Source of the DNA: Candidatus Eiseniibacteriota bacterium
GTDB lineage: Bacteria; Eisenbacteria; RBG-16-71-46; CAVPCR01
Reading direction: 5' to 3'
NCBI GenBank assembly: GCA_963702435.1
Contig: CAVPCR010000004.1
Location: 96,001-160,000 of the forward strand
Length of the DNA stretch: 64,000 nt
A program made the position numbers and the translations under genes. The notes below the pieces were generated by a model. The model had not been told where the DNA came from. It saw only the letters and a list, made by a program, of their open reading frames with translations, and did no database searches. This document shows positions 29,246 to 38,092 of the stretch, piece after piece (position 1 is the stretch's first letter; the number at the start of each line of letters is the position of its first letter).

Positions 29246-29602
29246 ATGGATATCTACAAGCAGTTCACCTTCGAGGCGGCTCATCTCCTGCCCAACGCTC
29301 CGCCCGAGCACAAGTGCCGGCGGCTGCACGGGCATTCCTATCGCGTGACGGTCGTCGTCAGCGCGGAGGTGGGTGCCGAGACCGGCTGGGTGATGGACTT
29401 CTCCGAGATCAAGGCCGCCTTCGCCGCATGCAAGGACACCCTCGATCACCGCTATCTGAACGAGATCCCCGGCCTCGAGAACCCCACCGCCGAGCACATC
29501 GCGATCTGGATCTGGCGGCAGTTGAAGTCGCGCCTCCCCGCCCTCTCCGAGATCCGGATCGACGAGACCTGCACCGCGGGCTGCATCTACCGCGGGGCGT
29601 GA
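29246..29602 (+). CDS. queD: 6-carboxy-5,6,7,8-tetrahydropterin synthase
   Basis: FEAAH, KCRRLHGHSY, MDFS, LDHRYLN, NPTAE and ET motifs. Confidence 0.95.
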   Translation: MDIYKQFTFEAAHLLPNAPPEHKCRRLHGHSYRVTVVVSAEVGAETGWVMDFSEIKAAFAACKDTLDHRYLNEIPGLENPTAEHIAIWIWRQLKSRLPALSEIRIDETCTAGCIYRGA

Positions 29603-29674
29603 TCCGCTGCGGTCGGATCCCGCATGTCGATTCCGGGCATGCTAACATCGTGCAGAAACAGGAGGGCCCGTACG

Positions 29675-29893
29675 GTGATCAGGAATTACGAACAGGTGAG
29701 GCGGATGGAGCATGCGTTCCTCGCTCGCGAGAACCTGTCTCACTCGGCTGCTCTCCGTCTGTTCGAGGCGATGTGGGCGGAGGGTGTTCTCCTCGGCGTC
29801 CTTCCTCCTGCCGATCCACGCGAAGGTCTCGAGGTCGACCTCAGGGTGGCCAGGGTGCTGAACTCATGTTCGCGCGACTGCTCGCCCGCCTAG
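29675..29893 (+). CDS. Small protein upstream of a nucleotidyltransferase (antitoxin candidate)
   Basis: AGGAGG RBS, GTG start and FEAMW.EG..LGVLPP.DP.EGLEVDLRVA.VLN. Overlaps the NTase gene. Confidence 0.65.
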   Translation: MIRNYEQVRRMEHAFLARENLSHSAALRLFEAMWAEGVLLGVLPPADPREGLEVDLRVARVLNSCSRDCSPA

Positions 29894-30426
29894 GCGCCGC
29901 CCTCGACCGGCACCATGTTCCCTACATGGTCATCGGGGGCCAGGCGGTTCTCCTGTACGGCGAACCGCGTCTCACGCGCGACATCGACATCACGGTGGGC
30001 TTCGGGATCGAAGGGCTGGAACGGTTGCTCGCCGTGCTGAATGATGTGCAGCTCAAGCCTATCCCCGAGAACCTCCGTTCCTTCGTCCAGGAGACGATGG
30101 TCCTTCCAGCCGTCGAGAGCGAGTCGGGAATCAGGGTCGATTTCATCCTGTCCTTCACGCCTTACGAGTCCAAGGCGATCTCTCGCGCGCGCACCGTGGA
30201 GATCGAGGGGCGAGGCGTGCGGTTCGCCAGCCCCGAGGACCTGATCATTCACAAGATCTTCGCCGGCCGGCCGCGCGATCTGGAAGACGTACGCTCCATC
30301 GTCGCCAGGACGCCGGGACTCGATCGCGCGTACATGCGACGATGGCTCGCCGAGTTCGACGCATCCAGCGAGCGAGAGCCGACCTTCCTCCAGACGCTCG
30401 ATACCCTGATGGAGGGCGACGGCTGA
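29866..30426 (+). CDS. Nucleotidyltransferase-fold protein (MenT1/DUF6036-like toxin candidate)
   Basis: YMVIGGQAV..YGEPRLTRDIDI, RVDF and SPEDLIIHKIFAGRPRDLED. Confidence 0.85.
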   Translation: MFARLLARLGAALDRHHVPYMVIGGQAVLLYGEPRLTRDIDITVGFGIEGLERLLAVLNDVQLKPIPENLRSFVQETMVLPAVESESGIRVDFILSFTPYESKAISRARTVEIEGRGVRFASPEDLIIHKIFAGRPRDLEDVRSIVARTPGLDRAYMRRWLAEFDASSEREPTFLQTLDTLMEGDG

Positions 30427-30459
30427 CGTCGCTTCCCTGCCCGCCACGAGCCGTCAGGG

Positions 30460-31359
30460 TTACTCGCGGTCGCTGCGGTATCTGTTCTTCACGGTCCCCC
30501 AGGTCTCGCTCTGCACCGCGGTCGCCTGGTCGCAGATGGTGAGGTCGCCGGCCTCCACGACGCTGTAGCGGCTTCCGTCCGGGGCCCATTCGGGATAGCT
30601 GAGACCTACCCACCGCGAGCGGCAGCGCAGGTCGAGTCGCGGACCCGACGGGAGCGGGTAGCTCACCACGCAGGGGTTCAGGGCGATATCGTCGAGTCCG
30701 ATCAGGATCAAGCTCTCGCCGGATGGATGCCACCGCGGCTCGTAGTAACCGTTTCCCGACCAGAAGACGCGGTGCTCCGTGCCCGCAGGGTAGTCGACGA
30801 GCATGATGTCCGGCCCTTCAGGAAGCGCGTGCCGCTCGAAGACGATGCGTTCGTCGTTCGGGGCCCAATCGGGAGATTCCCCCGTGTCCGTGGTGAGACG
30901 CGTGTGCTGCCCGGTCGAGAACGAGTACACATACAGCGCATCGTGATCGAACCGCGATGACTTGTAGACGATCTTGTCGCCGTCGTGGGACCAGTCGGGG
31001 TGCGTGTCGGGCCGTGGCGAGGTGGTGACCTGCTGGAGGGCGCCCGTCGAGAGCTCGAGCGCCCAGATGTCCCAGACCCCGGGCAGAACCGCGCGGGCGA
31101 ATGCGAGCCGCGTGCCGTCCGGGCTCCACGTGGGCCACTGTGCGTTCTCGATCACGTGCGTCACGGGTCCGCCCGTGGCGGGAACGGTGTAGATGTCGAT
31201 GCCGGAGTGGAATGCGAGCGTCGTGCCGTCGGGAGACCAGACCGGGCTCTTGACGACGAGGCCCTCCGTGATCTGGACGCAGTCGGCTGCGGCCATACCG
31301 GCCGATAACGCGAGACAGGCTGCCACGATGAGAATGTGCTTCTGCATCGGGTGCTCCAT
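30460..31359 (-). CDS. Secreted TolB-like (PD40) beta-propeller with TWGxxKxxYR tail
   Basis: Signal peptide, repeated PxWSPDG units and C-terminus TAVQSETWGTVKNRYR. TGATG coupling with the upstream gene. Confidence 0.85.
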   Translation of the reverse strand: MEHPMQKHILIVAACLALSAGMAAADCVQITEGLVVKSPVWSPDGTTLAFHSGIDIYTVPATGGPVTHVIENAQWPTWSPDGTRLAFARAVLPGVWDIWALELSTGALQQVTTSPRPDTHPDWSHDGDKIVYKSSRFDHDALYVYSFSTGQHTRLTTDTGESPDWAPNDERIVFERHALPEGPDIMLVDYPAGTEHRVFWSGNGYYEPRWHPSGESLILIGLDDIALNPCVVSYPLPSGPRLDLRCRSRWVGLSYPEWAPDGSRYSVVEAGDLTICDQATAVQSETWGTVKNRYRSDRE

Positions 31360-33212
31360 CACCTGAGCACGACGAGCCGCTCGGTGGCGGTCGCGATGCG
31401 GCCATCGGCTGCGGTCGCCGCGAGCCGCACGAAGTAGATGCCGGCGCTCACCTCACGCCCGGCGGCGTTCCGCCCGTCCCAGGCGACCGCACCGGCGCCG
31501 GCGGCGCGCCAGCCGTCCTCGAGCGTGCGCACCACCCGCCCCGCCGGATCGACGATCGCGATCGAGAGATGCGCGGCCGCGGGCAGGGTCCAGGCGATCG
31601 CAGCACCGCCGCGCGTCGGGTTCGGGTGCGGCGCGGCGAGGCGAAGCGCGGCGCTCGGAGCCGCCTCCGGCACCGCGGTCGTCCCCGCCGCCTCGAGGCG
31701 GAGCGCGATCGAGGTGGTGGCGAAGACGATCGAGCCGTTGGAGAGCCGGCGCGAGAAGGAGGGCTCGCCCGACGTTCCGGCGTTCACCGAGGCCTCGTAG
31801 AGCGGGCTCCGGGCGGTCAGGCGCACGTAGTAGCGGCCGCTCGCGAGGAACACGGAGAGCGGGCGGTACTCCCAGGCCGTCGTATTCGGGCTGAACCGGT
31901 ACTGGAAGTCGACGCTCGCGAGCGGACGCGTCTCATCGGGGCGCTGGCCCGAGCCGTCGTCCGGGAAGATGGTGGCGCGGAAACCGTTCGGATGGTAGTT
32001 CACGGTCCAGCCGTCGAGGCCGATCCGCACGAACTGAGCGCCGGGCTCGCCGGGCCGCGAGAAGTTGAAGGGCTGGAACACCTCGAAGCCGCTCGCCGGG
32101 TTCCCGGAAAGGACACGTCCGTTCGGAACCGGATTGCTCCCCGTGTCGACCGCCCAGTCGACCGGCGTGCACGGATCGTTCTCGCATTCGTCCGGGATCC
32201 CGTTCACGTTGCAGTCCGCGCTCGTCCCGTTCCGGATGTCGTCGAAGTCGCGGATCTGGTTCCCATTGCAGTCCTGGATCGGCTGCAGCGGATCGACATC
32301 GAGCGTGAGCCCGGTGGGCGAGTGAGTGGGCTGCGAGGTGTAGAGGAGCTCGAGCCCGCTGCCATCCAGGTTCACGCGGCGCAAGGTGCCCTGGATCTCG
32401 TCGGTGAAGTAGGCCTTGCCGCCCGCGAGGTCGAGATCGAGCGCGAAGAGCCCGCTCGAACCGAACACGGCCGGGCTCGAGTCGAAGACGACTCCGAACT
32501 CCGAGTCGTCGAGGCGCGCGTAGCCGAGGACATCGCTGTTGGTGTTGGCGTCGAGGAAGTAGATGCGATCGGCGGCGACGTCGAGGGCGAGCGCCGTGGC
32601 CGTGTTGAAACCGCGGACGACCGTCTGCACCGGGCCGGTCCCGTCGAGCGCGACGCGGCGGATCTCGTTCGCCGCCGCGAAGTAGACGTAGCCGTTCACC
32701 GGATCGACCACCGGCTTCCCGACATAGGAACCGATCGGGTCGTACGGGGTGAGCGTGTAGATGGTCTCGATCCCGGTGCCGTCGAGATTGGCGCGGCGGA
32801 TGAGCCCCATCGCGTTTCCCTGCGGCGGCGCTTCCGACCAGTACATCTTCCCGTTCACGCGGTCGACGGCGATGCCACGTGGGATCTTGAGACTCGAGAC
32901 GAGGAGCGCAGGATTCGAGCCGTCGGCATTCGCGCGGCGGATCACGCCGGGTGTCGAGCCGTGCGTCCAGTAGAGGCGGGCGGCGACTGGATCGTAGTCG
33001 AGTCCGACCTGGAGCCAGTCGGATGCCGGCGGCGGTACGAGCGCCGTCACGCCCGAGCCATCGAGGAACATGCTTTTGAGGAGCGGGTTGTTGAAGGCGT
33101 ACTCGGCGAGATAGAGGCGGGTCTGCGCCTCGGCCGCCGCAGCGCTCAGGGAGACGAGGAGCGCGAGTGCGATGGCCGGGCCGATCCGGCCCGGGTGGGT
33201 CGTGGGGCGCAT
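31359..33212 (-). CDS. Secreted YWTD (LDL-receptor class B) beta-propeller with DCNxNGIxD repeats and FlgD-Ig/T9SS-like C-terminal domain
   Basis: LYWT/MYWS/YFTD...IRRANLDG repeats, DCNGNQIRD and DCNVNGIPDEC, and PNP..GRVV..WDG..GIYFVRL. Confidence 0.85.
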   Translation of the reverse strand: MRPTTHPGRIGPAIALALLVSLSAAAAEAQTRLYLAEYAFNNPLLKSMFLDGSGVTALVPPPASDWLQVGLDYDPVAARLYWTHGSTPGVIRRANADGSNPALLVSSLKIPRGIAVDRVNGKMYWSEAPPQGNAMGLIRRANLDGTGIETIYTLTPYDPIGSYVGKPVVDPVNGYVYFAAANEIRRVALDGTGPVQTVVRGFNTATALALDVAADRIYFLDANTNSDVLGYARLDDSEFGVVFDSSPAVFGSSGLFALDLDLAGGKAYFTDEIQGTLRRVNLDGSGLELLYTSQPTHSPTGLTLDVDPLQPIQDCNGNQIRDFDDIRNGTSADCNVNGIPDECENDPCTPVDWAVDTGSNPVPNGRVLSGNPASGFEVFQPFNFSRPGEPGAQFVRIGLDGWTVNYHPNGFRATIFPDDGSGQRPDETRPLASVDFQYRFSPNTTAWEYRPLSVFLASGRYYVRLTARSPLYEASVNAGTSGEPSFSRRLSNGSIVFATTSIALRLEAAGTTAVPEAAPSAALRLAAPHPNPTRGGAAIAWTLPAAAHLSIAIVDPAGRVVRTLEDGWRAAGAGAVAWDGRNAAGREVSAGIYFVRLAATAADGRIATATERLVVLR

Positions 33213-33279
33213 GGTGGACCTCCAGGGCGGCCGTCGAGATGGTGCGTCGGGCGTGAAACGACCATCCACGATGATACCA

Positions 33280-34329
33280 CTACTTCGTCACGTCGCCGCG
33301 GCGGGCGACGATCGTCTTCCCGTGCACCGCGAAGTGCGCGGGCAGGAAGCGCTCGACGATGCGCATGTTGGTCTCGGCATGCCCGGTGATCGCGCTCGCA
33401 TGCACTGCGCCGCCCAGGAGCCCGAGGAAGGGGATGATCTGGTCGGCCATCCAGCGGTCGACAGCGGCGCCGCTCGCCCATTCCGCATGGAGAAGCTGGG
33501 CGGCCTCGCGTCCCACCTTCTCGGCGCGCTTTCCGCGCTCGCCGAGGGCGGATGCGCCGAGGATCGCCGTGTCGGTCAAGAGCCGCGCCGTGATGGAGGT
33601 GCCCGGATTCCGCATGGGTGCGCAGACGACCTCCGGCGTGAGCGCGCCCCAGGCGGGATCGCCGGCGGCGGCGAAGCCGTCGATCTGCCGCTCGGCGACG
33701 CGGGCGCGGGCGAGGGTCGCATCGGCCATGCTCGTCACCTCGAGGCGCGGCGATGCGCCTGGGGCTCGGAGGTCGATCCCGGCCGCGGGGAGCGGTCGCC
33801 AGGGCTCGATCGCGGCCCGCACCTCGCCACCGCCCTTCGGGTAGACGCCGCGCCGCTCGATGTGGAGCCGCACGCGCGCCCCGAGGCGCGCGAGATGGGC
33901 GAGGAACACCCCCTCGAGGTAGGCGACGGTGGGGCTCCACGGGACGTCGGTGCCGCCGGTCACGGTGATCGCGACCGGCGCCGGCGCGAAGAGCGCGATC
34001 GTGATCGCGGTCTCGAGGACGAGGGTCACCGCGCCGGCGGTGCCGACGGCGACCGTGAAGGTCCCGCCGCTGAGCGGCGCGGGCTGGAAGAGGAGGTCGG
34101 TCGAGCCGTGGCGCGCGCCCTCGACCGCCGCGCCCGAGAGGGCGCGCGCGGCCTCGATCGCGGCCAGGTGCTGCGCGGCGAGCCCCGGATTCCGGCGGCG
34201 GGCGCGGATGTTCGTGATGCGAAAGGGGCGGCCGGTGACGGCGGAGAGCGCGAGCGACGTGCGGAGGATCTGGCCGCCGCCCTCGCCGCGGCTCCCGTCG
34301 ATCGCGATGATCTCGCGCGGTGCGTTCAA
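33280..34329 (-). CDS. rtcA: RNA 3'-terminal phosphate cyclase
   Basis: IDGSRGEGGGQILR, RRNPGL..QHL, GGTDVPWSP, YPKGGG, ADQ and the catalytic His in TGHAETN. Confidence 0.93.
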   Translation of the reverse strand: MNAPREIIAIDGSRGEGGGQILRTSLALSAVTGRPFRITNIRARRRNPGLAAQHLAAIEAARALSGAAVEGARHGSTDLLFQPAPLSGGTFTVAVGTAGAVTLVLETAITIALFAPAPVAITVTGGTDVPWSPTVAYLEGVFLAHLARLGARVRLHIERRGVYPKGGGEVRAAIEPWRPLPAAGIDLRAPGASPRLEVTSMADATLARARVAERQIDGFAAAGDPAWGALTPEVVCAPMRNPGTSITARLLTDTAILGASALGERGKRAEKVGREAAQLLHAEWASGAAVDRWMADQIIPFLGLLGGAVHASAITGHAETNMRIVERFLPAHFAVHGKTIVARRGDVTK

Positions 34330-34338
34330 CTCACCCCG

Positions 34339-36186
34339 CTAGCGCGAGCGGATCACCTTGCCGGTCGCCTCGCTTCCGGCGAGGCGGAGGAAGTACGTCC
34401 CGGCCGCGACCGACCGGCCGGCGGCGTCCCGGCCATCCCAGCGGACCCGGCCGGCGTTCCCGTCGCGCGCCGGCGCGGCGAGGACGCGCACGAGCCGGCC
34501 GCGCGGGTCGTAGATGAGGAGCCGCGCGCCGTGGGCTCCCGCCCCGACCAGGATGTCAGTGGTGCGCGCGAACGGGTTCGGATGCGCGGCGATGAGGACC
34601 GGCGGCGCCGTCCCCGGCGCGGGGTCGAGCGCGATTGCCGTCGCGCCGCCGAGGATTGCGAACGACCCGGCCGTGATCGCGCTCGCGGTCTCGCTGCCCG
34701 CGGTCACCGTGTAGCGGAGTCGGCAGTCGCTCGAGGCCACCGGCGGCACGATCCACTGGTGGCGCCCGCCGTCGGGGAGCGCGGACGCAATCGGCGTCCA
34801 TGGACCCGCGGGGCCGCTCGTCGAGAGCTCGATCGAGATCGTGGCCGGGACGCCGCCGGGCATGGCGCTCGCCCAGTCGATGAAGGCGACCGCCCCGGCA
34901 CGGAGCGTCGCCGCCGGCCGCGGGCGCACCGGCTTCACGGCCAGCGCGGCCGGCGCGCTCTCTTCCTTGTAGAAATGGAAGCGATTCCGGGTGTTGAAGG
35001 TCGTGCCCTCCTCGGACCAGAGGGCGATGTCGGGGAAGCCGTTGTGATCGGCGTCTCCGCCGGCGCGGAGCGCGGCGCGATAGCCGGGCGTGGGCGTCGA
35101 GAGGGTGGCCGCCGGAGTCCACTGCCCGGTCCCATCGCCGGTCCACACGGTGAGGAGGCGCCGCCCGAAGGCGACCAGGTCCATCGCGCCATCGAGATCC
35201 ATGTCGAAAAGCTGCGTCGCTTCGTAGGTTCCTGAGGAAGGCAGACCGCCGGCGAGGCTCGTCCAGGTGCCGCTCGCGTCACGCCGCCAGACCGCAACAC
35301 CGCCGGTGCTCGTGATGACGGCGAGGTCATCGGCGCCGTCCCCGTCCACGTCGCCGAGGCTCGGGCCGCGGCGGCCGACGGTGCCGCCTGGCGGCAGGTT
35401 CGCGTCCCCGGGGACGAACCCGCCCGCGCCGTCGCCGAGGTAGATCGTCTGGGTCTGGTGAGCACAGGCGAGGTCGGCATATCCGTCGCCATTCACGTCG
35501 CCCGTTGTCAAGTCCTGGGTCGAGTTGCCGCCGACGAAACCGAAGCTCTGCGTCCAGGTGCCGTCGCCCTGGTTCAGGTAGACGTGGACGCCGGCGCAGC
35601 ACCCGAAGGAGATGCTCGCCACATCGAGGTCGCCATCCCCGTCGAAGTCGGCGAGATCGGTGCCGAACATGCCCCAGCTCTCGCCGTTGGTGGCGAGGCC
35701 GTCGTCCCAGGGCGTCCATGCGATCCCGGTGCCGTCGCCGAGCGCGACCTCGAGGAGCTGGTCGCCGAAGTCCGTGCTCGAGTAGTCGTGATGCATGCCG
35801 TAGGCGGCGTCGAGGTGGCCGTCGCCGTTCACATCCCCGAGCGCCACGCCGCCGTAGCCGAAGTCCCCGGTCTGGACGACGCTCCAGGCGCCGGCGCCGT
35901 CCCCGAACCAGACCATGATCCCGTGCTCCTGGGCGTTGATGTTGGGCGAGCCATGGTCGCCGATCGAGACCAGATCCAGGTGGCCGTCGGCATTCACATC
36001 GCTCATCTCGATCTCGGTGCGGCCCGTCTCGAGCGTGGGTGTGGCGAGGCCGGTCGAGGACTCGACGTAGGTGAGGGCGCGGGCGGCGGGCGCGAGGGCG
36101 AGGGTGGACACGATGCAGAACGCGAAGGCAGAGGCGAGGGTGGGGCCCATGGCGAAGGCACCTCCGGGGGTTCGCGGCTCACGCAT
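34339..36186 (-). CDS. Secreted FG-GAP/VCBS repeat protein with FlgD-Ig/T9SS-like C-terminal domain
   Basis: About seven D(V/F)xGDGxxDL repeats and a PNPF..IYD..GRLV..WDG.D..G.YFLRL tail. Start may be 36150. Confidence 0.87.
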   Translation of the reverse strand: MREPRTPGGAFAMGPTLASAFAFCIVSTLALAPAARALTYVESSTGLATPTLETGRTEIEMSDVNADGHLDLVSIGDHGSPNINAQEHGIMVWFGDGAGAWSVVQTGDFGYGGVALGDVNGDGHLDAAYGMHHDYSSTDFGDQLLEVALGDGTGIAWTPWDDGLATNGESWGMFGTDLADFDGDGDLDVASISFGCCAGVHVYLNQGDGTWTQSFGFVGGNSTQDLTTGDVNGDGYADLACAHQTQTIYLGDGAGGFVPGDANLPPGGTVGRRGPSLGDVDGDGADDLAVITSTGGVAVWRRDASGTWTSLAGGLPSSGTYEATQLFDMDLDGAMDLVAFGRRLLTVWTGDGTGQWTPAATLSTPTPGYRAALRAGGDADHNGFPDIALWSEEGTTFNTRNRFHFYKEESAPAALAVKPVRPRPAATLRAGAVAFIDWASAMPGGVPATISIELSTSGPAGPWTPIASALPDGGRHQWIVPPVASSDCRLRYTVTAGSETASAITAGSFAILGGATAIALDPAPGTAPPVLIAAHPNPFARTTDILVGAGAHGARLLIYDPRGRLVRVLAAPARDGNAGRVRWDGRDAAGRSVAAGTYFLRLAGSEATGKVIRSR

Positions 36187-36236
36187 CGGCGCGGTGCGTG
36201 GGGCCGCGTGCTACGAGGATACGCCCCGGCGGCGGG

Positions 36237-37568
36237 TCACGCCACGGGCGCGAGAAGCCCGGCGCCGGCGAGCGCCGTCGCGGCTTCCCGGATCGCGGTG
36301 AAGGCGAGGCCGGAGCGCTCGGCGATGTCGAGCAGGGAGTGCCGCCCGTCCGACTGGTTCAGCACCCAGAGCCGGGCCCTGCGTTCCTCGTCGGTGCCCG
36401 TGTAGAGCCCGCGCCGGCCGAGCTGGGGCTCACCGAACGGGCACTGATTGACGAAAGTCCCGTCGCCCTCGATCACGGCCAGGACCCGCGCGAGCGTGGC
36501 GTAGGAGTCGGTGAGGCTCTCCGCGGAGACGAAGCTCAGATCGTCGGCGGAGGTGTGGTACTCGGGGTAGGTCCCGTGCTCGGAGCGCGAGAAGCGCCCG
36601 ACCGGGAGATCGAAGCCGGGGGAACAGAACTGCCGCTCGTCGTAGCCGTACGGCGAGAAGTCGAGGATCCGGTGCGCGACGCCCCCGGCGCAGAGGACCT
36701 GGCGCACGACGCGATCGATCGTCGCATCTCCGCGCCGGCTCCTCTTGTAGGTGATCGCGCCGCGATCGCCGACGCCCGCGAGCACGAGGCCGTGGCGAAC
36801 GCGCGCCACGCCATCCCGGTTCCGGGCGAGCCAGGTGATGGCGCCGATCGTCCCGGGGATGAAGAGGATCCGGTAGGAGAGCCGGCGGCGCGCCCCGGCC
36901 AGCGTCCGGGCGAGCTGCGCCAGGACCGCGATGCCGGAGAGATTGTCGTTGGCGAGCGACGGGTGGCAGACATGCGTCGTCAGGAGGACCTCGGCGGTCT
37001 CCTCCCCGGCCAGGTAGAGCTCGCCGTACGACAGGTGCCCGGGGGCGAGGGACGAGTCGATCACGACCTCGTACTCGTCATCCGGCAGCGCCAGATAGTC
37101 GCGATGGCGCAGGCAGAAGCCCCAGCCCGCGGAGTAGTAGCTCGTGCGGTAGGGAATCCAGCCGGGATGATCGGGCAGCGTGTGCAGGTGCGGGCGGAGA
37201 TCGTCGAGGCGCATGCGGGCGTGAACCGGCACGCTGTAGCCGACCAGGTGGAGGTTCGATTCCCGGATATCGATGACCCGTTCGCCGCGCGAGTTCGCCA
37301 CATAGGCGTCGCGCACGTTCCACTCGGGGGGCACCGTCCAGTCGAGGACCGCGGTTCCGCTCGGCACCTCGTGGATCGCGAGGGGCACCGTCCGCCGGAG
37401 GATCTCGAGCGTCTGCCGGAGCCCGTTCCCCGTGATGCTGCGACCGATCGGGAAGAGCTCGGCGATGAGCGCCATCATGGTGGGGCCGACGTCCACGTGC
37501 GGCGCGGGCAGCGCGGGCAGCGCGTGCGGCGCGGGCAGCGCGTGCAGCAGATCCTCGCCGCGGCTCAT
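36237..37568 (-). CDS. DUF4910 (aminopeptidase-like / winged-helix) polysaccharide biosynthesis protein
   Basis: RSITGNG.R.TL, DWTVP.EW, IPYRTSYY..WGFC, HPSLANDNLSG, DERQF, EYHTS.D and GEPQLG.RGLY. Confidence 0.88.
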   Translation of the reverse strand: MSRGEDLLHALPAPHALPALPAPHVDVGPTMMALIAELFPIGRSITGNGLRQTLEILRRTVPLAIHEVPSGTAVLDWTVPPEWNVRDAYVANSRGERVIDIRESNLHLVGYSVPVHARMRLDDLRPHLHTLPDHPGWIPYRTSYYSAGWGFCLRHRDYLALPDDEYEVVIDSSLAPGHLSYGELYLAGEETAEVLLTTHVCHPSLANDNLSGIAVLAQLARTLAGARRRLSYRILFIPGTIGAITWLARNRDGVARVRHGLVLAGVGDRGAITYKRSRRGDATIDRVVRQVLCAGGVAHRILDFSPYGYDERQFCSPGFDLPVGRFSRSEHGTYPEYHTSADDLSFVSAESLTDSYATLARVLAVIEGDGTFVNQCPFGEPQLGRRGLYTGTDEERRARLWVLNQSDGRHSLLDIAERSGLAFTAIREAATALAGAGLLAPVA

Positions 37569-38092
37569 GGCGCGTAGCAGGGCAGGTCGCGATCGCGGTC
37601 GGAGAGGATCTTCTCGCCGTCCGGCCACCGGATCGCGAACTGCGGGTCGTCGAAGCGGAAGCCCCGGGCCTGCTCGGGCCGGTAGGACTCCGACATCTCG
37701 TAGAAGATCTCGGTGTCGTCCTCGAGGCTCAGGAAGCCGTGGGCGCAGCCCCGCGGGACGAAGAGCATGTTCCGCGCGCCGGCCGTGAGCACCACCGAGA
37801 AATGCTGCCGGTAGGTGGGCGAGGCTGGTCGGAGATCGACGATCACGTCGAAGATCGATCCCCGCGTCACGCGCACGAGCTTGGCTTCCCAGGACGGAGC
37901 CTGGTAGTGCATCCCGCGGAGCGTGCCGCGCCGGTGGTTGAACGAGATGTTGCTCTGCACCCACTCGACCTCGATGCCGTGGGTCCGGGCCTCCTCCCGG
38001 CACCAGGACCGCGCGAAGAACCCGCGCGCGTCGGCCTTCGGCTCGAGGGTGATGAGGAACGCTCCGGCGAGCGGCGTGGGGGTGAAGATCAC
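37565..38092 (-). CDS. rfbC: dTDP/CDP-4-keto-6-deoxyhexose 3,5-epimerase
   Basis: DARGFF, GTLRGMHYQ, DV.VDLR..SPT, AHGF and DP...I.WP..S.RD. Confidence 0.9.
   Translation of the reverse strand: MIFTPTPLAGAFLITLEPKADARGFFARSWCREEARTHGIEVEWVQSNISFNHRRGTLRGMHYQAPSWEAKLVRVTRGSIFDVIVDLRPASPTYRQHFSVVLTAGARNMLFVPRGCAHGFLSLEDDTEIFYEMSESYRPEQARGFRFDDPQFAIRWPDGEKILSDRDRDLPCYAP

Noticed and set aside
29246..29602. queD as a marker of a Dpd DNA-modification defence island
   Set aside because: No dpdA/tgt-like, queC, queE or folE gene is present in the window.
37494..37546. HALPAP repeats at the DUF4910 N-terminus, Ala-rich tracts in FadJ, ACAD and Mfd, and an acidic insert in Mfd
   Set aside because: Low-complexity slippage in linkers, common in very GC-rich genomes, with no evidence of a distinct function.
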